Source: Balanoglossus misakiensis (Eukaryota > Animalia > Hemichordata). Taken from it: DNA of 64,000 nucleotides. Every line of letters begins with the position of its first letter. The stretch's first letter is position 1. This document shows positions 52,301-64,000 of this stretch, piece by piece. A model generated the notes under the pieces. The model searched no databases, was not told the DNA's origin, and saw only the letters and a list, made by a program, of their open reading frames with translations. The stretch spans positions 14,937 to 78,936 of the forward strand of contig JBECUI020000047.1 of assembly GCA_040954595.2 (NCBI GenBank). Direction: 5' to 3'. Made by a program: the position numbers and the translations under genes.

Positions 52301-53640
52301 TAGTTGGGAAACCCTTACAGCTCCCCGTAGAGGATATTTATAACTGGCGGGACCTGTGGGCAATGAGGCATAAACTGGATGGGGCTTTTGTCTTAAAGGC
52401 AGATATTACGCTTCCAGAACCGGGTACCTACGGTCTCCCTGCTACTGGCTGGGCACCGATAGGGACGTTTACCGGAAGCCTCAGTGGATCGGATGGAGCA
52501 GGGGGTCGCTATAAAATAAGCAATCTCAAAATAGATGATCCGGGCAGAAATAATGCAGGACTTTTCAGCATTCTGCGGGGAAGTGTAGAAGATATTGTTT
52601 TTATTGATCCAAGTATTTCTGCAAATGCAATAGCAGGGGTATTGGCAGCTCGGTTATTATCGGGAAGAGTTGAATCGGTTTCGGTGCAGAGTACGGGAAC
52701 AGTAGTAACTGCTGATGGACAAGTAAGCATCGGTCCAAATACGGGCAATTTCATTGGTGGAATCGTTGGTTATATGGAAAACGGAAATCTTATTGCCGTA
52801 GACAATTCGGGTTCTGTATTTGGTTCAGATTCTTACGTCGGTGGGCTGGTTGGTAGGAGTAGGGATTCTACTATTATAGGATTTACAACGGGGGATGTTA
52901 CTGGAAATCAATATGTTGCCGGAATATCCGGCTATGAATATAATACTAATACATATGGATATTCAACTGGTAATATGTCAAGTACTGGAACCGAATTAAG
53001 CGATGCCGGAGATGTTGGTGGACTAGTTGGCATTAGACTAGGGTATCCAGGCACTATTTATGAGATATCCGGCTATGCAACAGGTAGTGTAAGTGGTCCT
53101 GCGAGCCTGGGTGGAATTTTCGGTAGCTACAGTATGCCAGACGATTTGTTTACAGGATACAGCACTGCTTCAGTACTTCGCAGTAGCGGAACGGCTACGG
53201 AATTTTCCGAAATAACAAGCGTATTTGGATATGCTACGGGAGCGAGGGCATATAGCTACTTTGATCGTGCCGCTGTCGGAACAGGACCTGCACCAGGGTT
53301 GTTGTATACAGCTCCAACTTTCCTAATAAGTTCAGATAGCTATGCAACTGAGGTCAGTGCCGAAGCGAATCTTCTTCGAAGAGGAACCGGCAGCACAGCC
53401 GATCCCTATCGTTATTACGATACGAAGGGCACAGCCGATACGGCTGACGACCTAGAGATGTTTAACGATGGGAACTGGGTCATTCACGATGCTTTTGGTG
53501 GTGAAACCGATGCAGATTCAGACGGTCTTCCCGACCAGCTTGGTGAGTATGTCTGGGTTGGTGACGGTAGATGGCCAAGTCTCTGGGATACAACAAGCGG
53601 ATACTACTTCGGTAGTCAGCCGGAGTATAAGGCACAATAA
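49392..53640 (+). CDS. Phase-variable lipoprotein with FN3/Ig stalk and GLUG-motif head; OFF, otherwise intact
   Basis: ATG 49392; 1356-aa ORF 49570-53640; motifs FVLKADITL, GWAPIGTFTGSL, YKISNLKI, AGLF, YVGGLVG and GYATGSV. Confidence 0.88.
49409..49472 (+). repeat. (CTCA)16 tract, frame OFF
   Basis: 64 nt counted. Confidence 0.95.
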
Positions 53641-53651
53641 AGAAGTACGGG

Positions 53652-53690
53652 AACAAGTCTCGGTCATGTATGACTGGGACTTGTTTTTTT
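53652..53690 (+). terminator. Rho-independent terminator of the GLUG-type gene (shorter copy at 61979-62012)
   Basis: AACAAGTCTCGGTCA-tgta-TGACTGGGACTTGTTTTTTT. Confidence 0.85.
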
Positions 53691-54425
53691 GTATGAGCTC
53701 CGCCATCCACAGCCCCCACCCATCAAGGGGTGGTATGAGAAACTACTGCGAAGAGCGGGGTTTTTCTTGAACTTTCCCCTACTCTTTGTAAACAATAGTT
53801 GCTTATTTCCCCCACAATTTTTATTGTTTTGGGGGTAGTTTAAAAGGTACCATAACCAACAGTTACCGCTACGGCAAACAGACCATCCCCCCCAAGACCT
53901 CTGGCAGCGCCGTAATTCTGAAGCAACTAAACCCCAACCCGGTACACCTCCACCGAAACTGGCAATCCAGGCTGGACCTCCGATAACTGGATCATCGCTG
54001 GCCCGGTAAACGCCCCCGGCCAGCCCGACATCAATAACCTCCCTGGCAAGCCCCCAAGGCTCCCCATTCCTGGCAAGCCCCCCCCAGGCCCCCCACTCCC
54101 GGCAGCCCCCCACTCCCGGCAGCCCCCCAAGGCCCCCACTCCTGGCAAGCCCCCCACTCCTGGCGGGCCCTGGGAGGCTTCCGCAAAAAGATAAATATGT
54201 CCCACCTCACCCCCACAGACCGCCCCCCCCACTCCAAACCAATAAAACAGAAAATAATCTTAAAAAACTTGGTTATTCCTCTAAAACGTAATAAGCTTTT
54301 ATACCGTAGTGTCCTTATAGCTTCTTAATCAAAAAGTCTTGTACTTATAAGAAAAGACTTGACAAAAAGTGTCACTACGAATAGGATAGACCAAACAAAA
54401 CCAAATTTTTAAGGAGATCCAGTCT

Positions 54426-56887
54426 ATGAATTCATTTATCAACTCACTCACTCACTCACTCACTCACTCACTCACGCGTTAGGACATCATAGGAATACCC
54501 TAGGGAATACCCTAGCTGAAGCTAAAAAACCTCTTCTTTTTCCCCTCGCCTTTCTTCTTGTTGTATTTGCCTTGTTATTTTCTTGTGATGGCACGGCCGC
54601 TCCAAAGGAAGAGGCACCACCAGCCATTGATGTCCAAACAATCGCCAAGGATGAAACCGAGAAAGAAATCGGTTCTCTGAAGCTCACCTGGGTTGCTGTC
54701 CAAGGAAAGAATGCCGAGGGAAACTTTGTTGATAGTACCTACTTGGTAGAGTATCGCCTTTCTACAGAGAGCAATTGGACAAAGTTGGAAGCCGTAGATC
54801 AGCCCACCCTTACACTCACTGGCCTGGAGGCAGGAATGGAGTATTCTATTCGCATACAAGCCATCAGCACCTTTGACGCCAACATGGTCAGTGACTGGAC
54901 AGAGGCAGGGCCATTTGCTGCAAATGGAATTAGGCCCTTAGAAATCCATGATACTAGTGGAGCCATCAGCGAACTGACTCTTGCAATCGGAGAGACCCGG
55001 ACGCTGAGTGTCCCAGAAAGCTTCTGGGTCAACGTAGAGGATACCTCAGTAAGCTGGATAAGTAGTGATAACACCACTGTAGAAGTAACAGATGGCATGG
55101 TTGAGGCAATAACAGAGGGAAGTGCCACAATAACGGCAACATCAGGAGCAGACCCGGCCAATGCGGCATCGATAACGGTGAATGTTCCAAGCTTAAGTGA
55201 TGTGGTTCTGTATGATGAGGATAGCCTTACTATTCCCTATGGAGAAAGCGATCCCCTTATCCTCACACCGAGTGATCTACTCTTAGCAGGATTGTCTTTA
55301 ACCTACACAAGTTCGGGCACTGTCTCGGGCATTACCGTGGGAACCGATGGAACCATAACTATTGATAACACAACATTAGTAGGCACGTATACCCTGGACA
55401 TAACAGCAAGTGCGGATGGCTACACGAATACGGCAAGCCATCAGATAGCCATAACGATCAGTCAGAGGGCAACAGAAGAGTATATGGTCTATGCAGAAGG
55501 AGAATTTAGCAGGGGAGGGGTATATGCACCAGCTACAGCTGCCCCACAGGGAGCTGGAGTGAGTTATGCCATGGATCCAACTCCGACTGGATGGAGCATT
55601 GACGCAACAAGTGGGACAATCTCTATAGCTTCAGATGCACCAGCTGGGGTAGAACAAACGGTTACTGTAACGGCAAGTCCAATCAATACGAACTATGCCT
55701 CTGGCAGTGTAGAATTGACTAAGTCTGTTGTCGACCCGTTTAGTGCTGGTCCCGACTCGTCGTTCTTTATAACACGATGGGAAACAACAGATGTAAATCA
55801 AACAGTGGAGATTCCCGTGGGAGGCAGAACAGCAAGCTATGATATAGACTGGGGCGATGGAACGGCAGAAAGACTTTCCGGCACAGCAAGCCATGTCTAT
55901 ACAGCTGCGGGCGAATATACGGTCAGGATAACCGATAGTTTCCAGCGAATACGGTTGCTAGATACAACAGCAGAAATAGCAGCACGCCTTAAGTCCATTG
56001 ATCAGTGGGGCACAGCACAATGGATTAGTATGGGGGGGGCATTTGCCAAGGCCAGCAACATGACGATGGCAGCAACCGACATTCCTGATCTCTCAGGAGT
56101 AGCCGATATGACTGACATGTTCTATGGAGCAGTTAACTTTAATCGGGACTTAAACAACTGGGACACCTCCAAGGTAACGACTATGGCTAGCATGTTTAAC
56201 AATGCAACCGCCTTCAATGGAATTATCAAAGACTGGAATACGTTAAGTGTAACCGATATGAGTCACATGTTCAATACTGCAACCTCATTCAATGGAGATA
56301 TCAGCAACTGGAACACAGAAAAAGTAACCGATATGAGTCACATGTTCAATGCTGCAACCTCATTCAATGGAGATATCAGCAACTGGAACACAGAAAAAGT
56401 AACCAATATGGCCTGGATGTTCAATGCAGCAAACTCATTCAATGGAGATATCAGCAACTGGAACACAGAAAAAGTAACCAATATGAGTTTTATGTTCAAT
56501 GGGGCAAGAGCATTCAATCAGGACTTGAGTGGCTGGGTTGTCTCCCAGGTAACCAATATGTTTATAATGTTCAGTGGGGCAGACAACTTTAAACAAGACC
56601 TTGGCCCATGGTATATTACCTTACCGCAGACCACCATCTCGGTAGCCACGCCATTAACCATTGCAGCACAGAATAGCATCCTTGCAGGACAGCTGGAAAA
56701 TCCGCAGTACAGTCTGCCGACCGATGCCACGATCGACAACGATAAGTTCAGCATTACCGACGGAACGACCTTGAAAGTCAATAATGGTACTGATCCCGGC
56801 AACTATACTATAAGCATACAAACAACAAGTGCCGATTTTAGTACACCACTCGACCCAATTGTGCAGTTTATGATAACGGTACAGTAG
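54426..56887 (+). CDS. Phase-variable short-type BspA lipoprotein (6 repeats); OFF, otherwise intact
   Basis: ATG 54426; 771-aa ORF 54572-56887. Confidence 0.9.
54443..54474 (+). repeat. (CTCA)8 tract, frame OFF
   Basis: 32 nt counted. Confidence 0.95.
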
Positions 56888-57756
56888 CCATTTCCGAACA
56901 ACAGCGGTGCTTTAGTGTTCCGCTGTTGTTTTGACTATAGTTTTACCCCCTCCACAGCCCCCCATTGTGGTATCAATAACTCCTGCGTAATCTATCTGAT
57001 TTGATTGAAACTTTCCCTTTGGCATTATCTTTTTAAGGCTCTTGGGCTGATAGGGGACTCTGCCTCGGGTTACCAAGATGTGGCCGCTCTGCTTGCCTAT
57101 AGCCAAAGCAGCCAAACGGACAGCTATACCACCGGGATTGTCTCTGGGGGGTAGTTTACAAGGTACCATAACCAACAGCTACCGCTACGACAAGCAGACC
57201 CCCCCTGACACCATCACCCCAAAGACCTCTGGCAGCGCCGTAATTCTGAAGCAACTAAACCCCAACCCGGTACACCTCCACCGAAACTGGCAATCCAGGC
57301 TGGACCGCCGATAACTGGATCATCGCTGGCCCGGTAAACGCCCCCCGGCCAGCCCGACATCAATAACCTCCCCCTGGCAAGCCCCCAAGGCCCCCCACTC
57401 CTGGCAGCCCCCCCCAGGCCCCCCTCTCCCGGCAGCCCCCACTCCTGGCAGCCCCCCCCAGGCCCCCCTCTCCCGGCAGCCCCCACTCCTGGCGGGCCTT
57501 GGGGGCTGCCGCAAAAAGATCAATATGCCCCACCTCACCCCCCCAGACCGGACCACCCCCACTCCAAACCAATAAAACAGAAAATAATCTTAAAAAACTT
57601 GGTTATTCCTCTAAAACGTAATAAGCTTTTATACCGTAGTGTCCTTATAGCTTCTTAATCAAAAAGTCTCCTACTTATAAAAAAAGACTTGACAAAAAAG
57701 TGTCACTACGAATAGGATAGACCAAACAAAACCAAATTTTTAAGGAGATCCAGCCT

Positions 57757-60700
57757 ATGAATTCATTTATCAACTCACTCACTCACTCACTCACTCACTC
57801 ACTCACTCACTCACTCACGCGTTAGGATATCATAGGAATACCCTAGGGTATTCCCTAGCTAAAGCTAAAAAACCTCTTCTCTTTCCCCTTGCCTTTCTTC
57901 TTGTTGTATTTGCCTTGTTATTTTCTTGTGATGGCACGACCGCTTCACAGGAAGAGGCTCCACGAGCCATTGATGTCCAGACAGTCACCAAGGATGAAAC
58001 CGAGCAAGGACTCGGTTCTCTGAAGCTCACCTGGGTTGCTGTCCAAGGAAAGAATGCCGAGGGAAACTTTGTTGATAGTACCTACTTGGTAGAGTATCGC
58101 CTTTCTACAGAGAGCAATTGGACAAAGTTGGAAGCCGTAGCTCAGCCCACCATTACACTCACTGGCTTGGAGGCAGGAAGGGAGTATTCTATTCGCATAC
58201 AAGCCATCAGCACCTTTGATGCCAGCATGGTCAGTGACTGGACAGAAGTAGGGCCATTTACTGTGAATGGAATTCGGCCCTTAGAGATCCACGATACCAG
58301 TGGAGCCATCAGCGAACTGACTCTTGCAATCGGAGAGACCCGGACGCTGAGTGTCCCAGAAAGCCTCTGGGTCAACGTAGAGGATACCTCCGTAAGCTGG
58401 GCAAGTAGTGATAATACCGTTGTAGAAGTAACAGATGGAAATGTTGAGGCAATAACAGAGGGAAGTGCCGAAATAACGGTAAGGGCAGGAGCAGATCCGA
58501 CGAAAACGGCATCCATAACGGTTACCGTTTTGGGATTAAGCAATGTGGTTCTCTATGATGAAAATAGCCTTACCATTCCCTATTCTGGAGGAAGCGGTTC
58601 GCTTACTCCAGCACCGAGTAATCTACCATCTGAAGGATTGTCGTTGACCTACACAAGTTCGGGCACTGTCCCGGGCATTACCGTGGGAACCGATGGAACC
58701 ATCACTGTTGATAACACGGCCCCATCAGGAACTTATACTCTTATCATAACAGCAAGTGCGGTTGGCTACACAAGTACGGCAAGTCAGGAGATAACCATAA
58801 TGGTTGGTCCGCAGCCAACGGCAACGGAGATCTATCTGGTCTATGCGAGAGGATATTTTAGGCGGGGAGAAACCTATACACCAATTACAGCCGCCCCGCA
58901 GGAAGCAGGATTGACTTATAGCATGGATCCGACACCGACCGGGTGGAGCATTGATGCAACAACAGGGACAATCTCTATCGCAATAGATGCGCCAGCTGGG
59001 GAATCAACAGTTACCCTAACGGCAAGTCCAAGCCATAATGGCTATGCAGCCGGAAGTGTTTCTCTGACCAGGTCAGTCAGTATATCCTCTGCACCAACCG
59101 AGCCGCTGAATCTGCGACCAAGATATTCTAGTGCAGGAGTAGGATATTTACCGATTGCATGGGATCCCCCGGCGAATGCAGGTAATCTCCTAGCACCGGA
59201 CGGGTCCCCAGCTGAAATACGCTACACCCTACAGGTGCAGCATATCACTAACGGAAATTGGGTAACCGTTGTTAGTCGCATAGCGAGCACAGGCTATACG
59301 GTAGATCTTGCTCCTTATGAAGAAGGTATTCCACTGGGCTTCGCCTACCGCGACGGGGTCTCCACACATGCGATACCTCGTGACTTTTCCGTTCGGGTAC
59401 GTGCAGAGAATGCATCGGATAGTTCTCAGACCAGTTCTTGGCTTGTAGGAAACGTCGGCAGTAACGGATTTCTTCGCTCCGTTACCATTACCGATGCTGA
59501 TGGCAATGAGATAACCCAAGAGATCGAAATTCACATATCGGAACGCGTCCAGTTGTTGGCAGTTGTTGCCGGCACCAACGTAGGGAGCAGCGTGGCATGG
59601 CGTAGTGATATGCCAACGGTGGCAACGGTTTCCGGGGGGAGCATTCTTGGCGTGGAAGTGGGAACAGCAACCATTCGAGCAACAAAATCCAGTCAATTCG
59701 ATGAGGTCTCGGTACGAGTGAGTCGAGGAACCTTAAGTGGAACCCTTTCCTATACCGATGGTACCGTAACTGTCGGTGAAACAGGAACATTTTCTCCAAC
59801 AGTTACCGGAATCCCCGCATGGTTAACACCAACTGATCTGACCTATGTTGTACGCAGTATAGCAAAAGATGGCGGGGGAACCCTCCCAGGAGATGATTAC
59901 AGCTTTGTTACAACGAATGGGACTATAACAATACAAACCTATAATCTTGGAGTATACACAGTTACGGTTGACGTATCCCACCCGAGTTTTGATGGAACAC
60001 TAACTGATACGCTTGTTGTAACGATAAGCGGAACACAAATAGGGGGAAGTTTTAGTTATGGAAGTCTACTTATGGCTTCAGTAGGAACGCAATCCTTCTT
60101 CCCACTGTACGAGAATACTCTCACCGATCCCGCTCCCGCTTGGAGCATTACAGGAGCAACAGGCCTAAGCATAGAGGGAGGAACTGGACGCATAATAGTA
60201 GCTGATACAACCGCAGCAGGTGAGTATCAAATAAGTATTACTGCTACAGCTACAACAACTGGATATAGGGGCACAGTTGTACAAGACCTTACCTTGTACG
60301 TACAGGGAAGTGCTCCTGCAACAACCTTCATCTACAAGAGTGATATGGACGCAAGAGCTCAGTCCTATTTTAGTTTGGGAGATATTGATAACCCCTTTCT
60401 CTTTTTAACGAATAAGAGTGATGCAACGGGACTGAGTGCACAGATAAGCATTCGCGAGGAGAACTCAGGAAATATAATTTTTGATACTCCGGCAGCAATA
60501 ATTACTACCAGTACTGATAGTACAGGAGGGATAATTGTGGGCATTGGTCCTGCAATGACGAGTAGCGAGTGGTCTACGATTACTGAGGGTAGGGTGAGGA
60601 TAGCAGTAGAACTCATAGATGGAACGACATCTGAACAACTGGTAGTCGGGAAACCCTTAGAGCTCCCTGTAGAGGATATTTATAACTGGCGGGACCTGTG

Positions 60701-61967
60701 GGCAATGAGGCATAAACTGGATGGGGCTTTTGTCTTAAAGGCAGATATTACGCTTCCAGAACCGGGTACCTACGGTCTCCCTGCTACCGGCTGGACACCG
60801 ATAGGGACTTTTACCGGAAGCCTCAGTGGATCGGATGGAGCAGGGGGTCGCTATAAAATAAGCAATCTCAAAATAGATGATCCGGACAGAAATAATGCAG
60901 GACTTTTCAGCATTCTGCGGGGAAGTGTAGAAGATATTGTTTTTATTGATCCAAGTATTTCTGCAAATGCAATAGCAGGGGTATTGGCAGGTCAGTTACT
61001 AACAGGTAGTGTTGAATCGGTTTCGGTGCAGAGTACGGGAACCGCAGTAACAACTGACGGGGAAGCAGACATTTACGATTCCCGTAACTACACTGGTAGT
61101 TTCGCTGGTGGAATAGTCGGCTTTACGAAAGACGCAAATCTTATTTCCGTAGACAATTCGGGTTCTGTATCCGGATCAAGTGAGATGGTCGGTGGACTGG
61201 TTGGTATGAATCGGGATTCTACTATTATAGGATTTACAACGGGGGATGTTACTGGAGATAGATATGTTGGTGGTATGATCGGACTTAGTCTCAGCACAGA
61301 AAATGCGTATGGATATGCAACTGGTGATATTACTGCTACCGCCGCTGTCGCAGGTGGACTCGCGGGGTACCAAACATCTACTATGTACGGCTATGCAACA
61401 GGAAGTGTAACGGCTCCCCGCACAACAAGCGGAATAATTGGCGAGTATGACCCTACCAGTGGAGAGATATTTCTAGGATATAGCACTGCTTCAGTACATC
61501 GCAGTTCCGGGGTTCGTACGTACTTTGGGGAAGTTCTTCTGTTTGGATATAATAAAAGTGCAACGTCCGCTCTGTATAGCTATTTCGATCGCAATGCTGT
61601 CGGAACAGAACCAGCACCCGGGGTGTCGTTTTGGACTCTGGATTTAACCCAGATAGCAGCGGGAAGTTATGTAACTGAGGTCAGTGCTGAAGCGAATCTT
61701 CTTCGAAGAGGAACCGGCAGCACAGCCGATCCCTATCGTTATTACGATACGAAGGGCACAGCCGATCCGGCTGACGACCTAGAGATGTTTAACGATGGAA
61801 ACTGGGTCATTCACGATGCTTTTGGTGGAGAAAGCGATGCAGATTCAAACGGTCTTCCCGACCAGCTTGGTGAGTATGTCTGGGTTGGTGACGGTAGATG
61901 GCCAAGTCTCTGGGATACAACAAGCGGATACTACTTCGGTAGTCAGCCGGAGTATAAGGCACAATAA
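57757..61967 (+). CDS. Phase-variable lipoprotein with FN3/Ig stalk and GLUG-motif head; OFF, otherwise intact
   Basis: ATG 57757; 1350-aa ORF 57915-61967, paralog of 49570-53640. Confidence 0.88.
57774..57817 (+). repeat. (CTCA)11 tract, frame OFF
   Basis: 44 nt counted. Confidence 0.95.
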
Positions 61968-62819
61968 AGAAGTACAGGAACAAGTCTCGGTCAGACTGGG
62001 ACTTGTTTTTTTGGCATAAACCCCGCCATCCACAGCCCCCGCCCATCAAGGGGTGGTATGAGAAACTACTGCGAAGAGCGGGGTTTTTCTTGAACTTTCC
62101 CCTACTCTTTGTAAACAATAGTTGCTTATTTCCCCCACAATTTTTATTGTTTGGGGGGGTAGTTTACAAGGTACCATAACCAACAGCTACCGCTACGGCA
62201 AACAGACCATCCCCCCCAAGACCTCTGGCAGCGCCGTAATTCTGAAGCAACTAAACCCCAACCCGGTACACCTCCACCGAAACTGGCAATCCAGGCTGGA
62301 CCTCCGATAACTGGATCATCGCTGGCCCGGTAAACGCCCCCGGTAACCCCAAGGCTCCCCACTCCTGGCAGCCTCCCCCAGGCCCCCACTCCTGGCGGGT
62401 CCTGGGAGGCTTCCCGAAAAAGATCAATATGTCCCACCTCACCCCCCACAGACTGGCCCCCCACTCCTGGCACCCCCCCCCAAGGCCCCCACTCCCGGCA
62501 GCCCCCCAAGGCCCCCCACTCTCCTGGCACCCCCCCCAGGCCCCCCACTCCTGGCGGGCCCTGGGAGGCTTCCCTAAAAAGATCAATATGCCCCACCTCA
62601 CCCCCCCAGACCGGACCACCCCCACTCCAAACCAATAAAACAGAAAATAATCTTAAAAAACTTGGTTATTCCTCTAAAACGTAATAAGCTTTTATACCGT
62701 AGTGTCCTTATAGCTGCTTAATCAAAAAGTCTTCTACTTATAAGAAAAGACTTGACAAAAAAGTGTCACTACGAATAGGATAGACCAAACAAAACCAAAT
62801 TTTTAAGGAGATCCAGTCT

Positions 62820-64000
62820 ATGAATTCATTTATCAACTCACTCACTCACTCACTCACTCACTCACTCACGCGTTAGGACATCATAGGAATACCCTAGGGA
62901 ATACCCTAGCTGAAGCTAAAAAACCTCTTCTTTTTCCCCTTGCCTTTCTTCTTGTTGTATTTGCCTTGTTATTTTCTTGTGATGGTTCTGGTACCACGGG
63001 CCGCTCCACAGGAAGAGGCACCACCAGCCATTGATGTCCAGACAATCGCCAAGGATGAAACCGAGAAAGAAATCGGTTCTCTGAAGCTCACCTGGGTTGC
63101 TGTCCAAGGAAAAAATTCCGAGGGAAACTTGATTGATAGTACCTACATGGTAGAGTATCGCCTTTCTACAGAGAGCAATTGGACAAAGTTGGAAGCCGTA
63201 GATGTGCCCAGCATTACCCTCACTGGCTTGGAGGCAGGGGAGTACTACATTCGCATACAAGCCATCAGCACCTTTGACGCCAACATGGTCAGTGACTGGA
63301 CAGAAGCAGGGCCATTTGCTGCAAATGGAATTAGGCCCTTAGAAATCCATGATACTAGTGGAGCCATCAGCGAACTGACTCTTGCAATCGGAGAGACCCG
63401 GACGCTGAGTGTCCCAGAAAGCTTCTGGGTCAACGTAGAGGATACCTCCGTAAGCTGGGTAAGTAGTGATAACACCATTGTAGAAGTAACAGATGGCATG
63501 GTTGAGGCAATAACAGAGGGAAGTGCCGCAATAACGGCAACATCAGGAGCAGACCCGACCAATGCGGCATCGATAACGGTGAATGTTCCAAGTTTAAGCA
63601 ATGTGGTTCTGTATGATGAGGATAGCCTTACTATTCCCTATGGAGAAAGCGGTTCGCTTCTTCCTGCACCGAGTCATCTACCATCAGCAGAATTGTCGTT
63701 AACCTTCACAAGTTCGGGCACTGTCTCGGGCATTACCGTGGGAACCGATGGAACCATAACTATTGATAACACAACACTAGTAGGCACGTATACCCTGAGC
63801 ATAACAGCAAGTGCGGATGGCTACACGAGTACGGCAAGCCATCAGATAGCCATAATGGTCAGTCAGAAGGCAACAGAAGAGTATCTGGTCTATGCGGAAG
63901 GAGATTTTACCAGAGGAGTAAGCTATGCACCAGCTACAGCTGCCCCACAGGAAGCTGTAGTGAGTTATGCCATGAATCCAACTCCGACTGGATGGAGCAT
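62820..64000 (+). CDS. 5' part of another phase-variable lipoprotein (runs off the window); OFF, extra G near 63000
   Basis: Same cassette, ATG 62820, LLFSC lipobox and FN3/Ig stalk sequence as the paralogs. Confidence 0.85.
62837..62868 (+). repeat. (CTCA)8 tract, frame OFF
   Basis: 32 nt counted. Confidence 0.95.

Noticed and set aside
16420-56610. Diversity-generating retroelement as the source of head variation
   Set aside because: No reverse transcriptase or template-repeat/variable-repeat pair seen in the window; differences are not visibly adenine-restricted
62990-63005. Extra G restoring the frame of the last gene
   Set aside because: With n=8 the ATG frame already stops at TAG right after the tract, so the gene remains OFF
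1381-63601. Numerous short antisense ORFs within the lipoprotein genes
   Set aside because: Shadow ORFs that recur only because the sense genes are duplicated; no RBS or recognisable motifs
1-64000. Invertase/shufflon-type switching
   Set aside because: All genes are on the plus strand, with no recombinase and no inverted cassettes

Overview
The whole 64 kb is one head-to-tail, plus-strand array of about 17 paralogous surface-lipoprotein genes and gene remnants, and the array runs off both ends of the window. Each protein has a signal peptide with a lipobox (LLFSC or VISC), a conserved FN3 / Ig-like (Big_2-type) stalk and a variable head. The head is either PKD + 6-13 BspA/DUF285-type 25-aa repeats + a C-terminal Ig/cadherin-like domain, or a GLUG-motif region. 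Eleven genes sit behind an identical expression cassette: terminator, fossil GLUG coding remnant, variable C-rich (minus-strand G-run) minisatellite, dyad plus TTGACA-N17..19-TAGGAT promoter, AAGGAG, then ATG followed 17 nt later by a (CTCA)n tract. The ORF track misses this true start. The tract is in frame only when n is a multiple of 3. All ten pure tracts (n = 13, 11, 14, 13, 16, 11, 16, 8, 11, 8) are out of frame and hit a TAG within 18 nt. The single in-frame copy (36331) has an interrupted, non-slipping tract. This looks like a multi-gene, slipped-strand phase-variation and recombination-driven antigenic-variation locus. A decayed IS256-family element carrying a perfect 30-bp GTAG-type palindrome interrupts the array. 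Many additional 1-bp frameshifts may be assembly errors. No rRNA, tRNA, CRISPR, recombinase or reverse transcriptase was seen.
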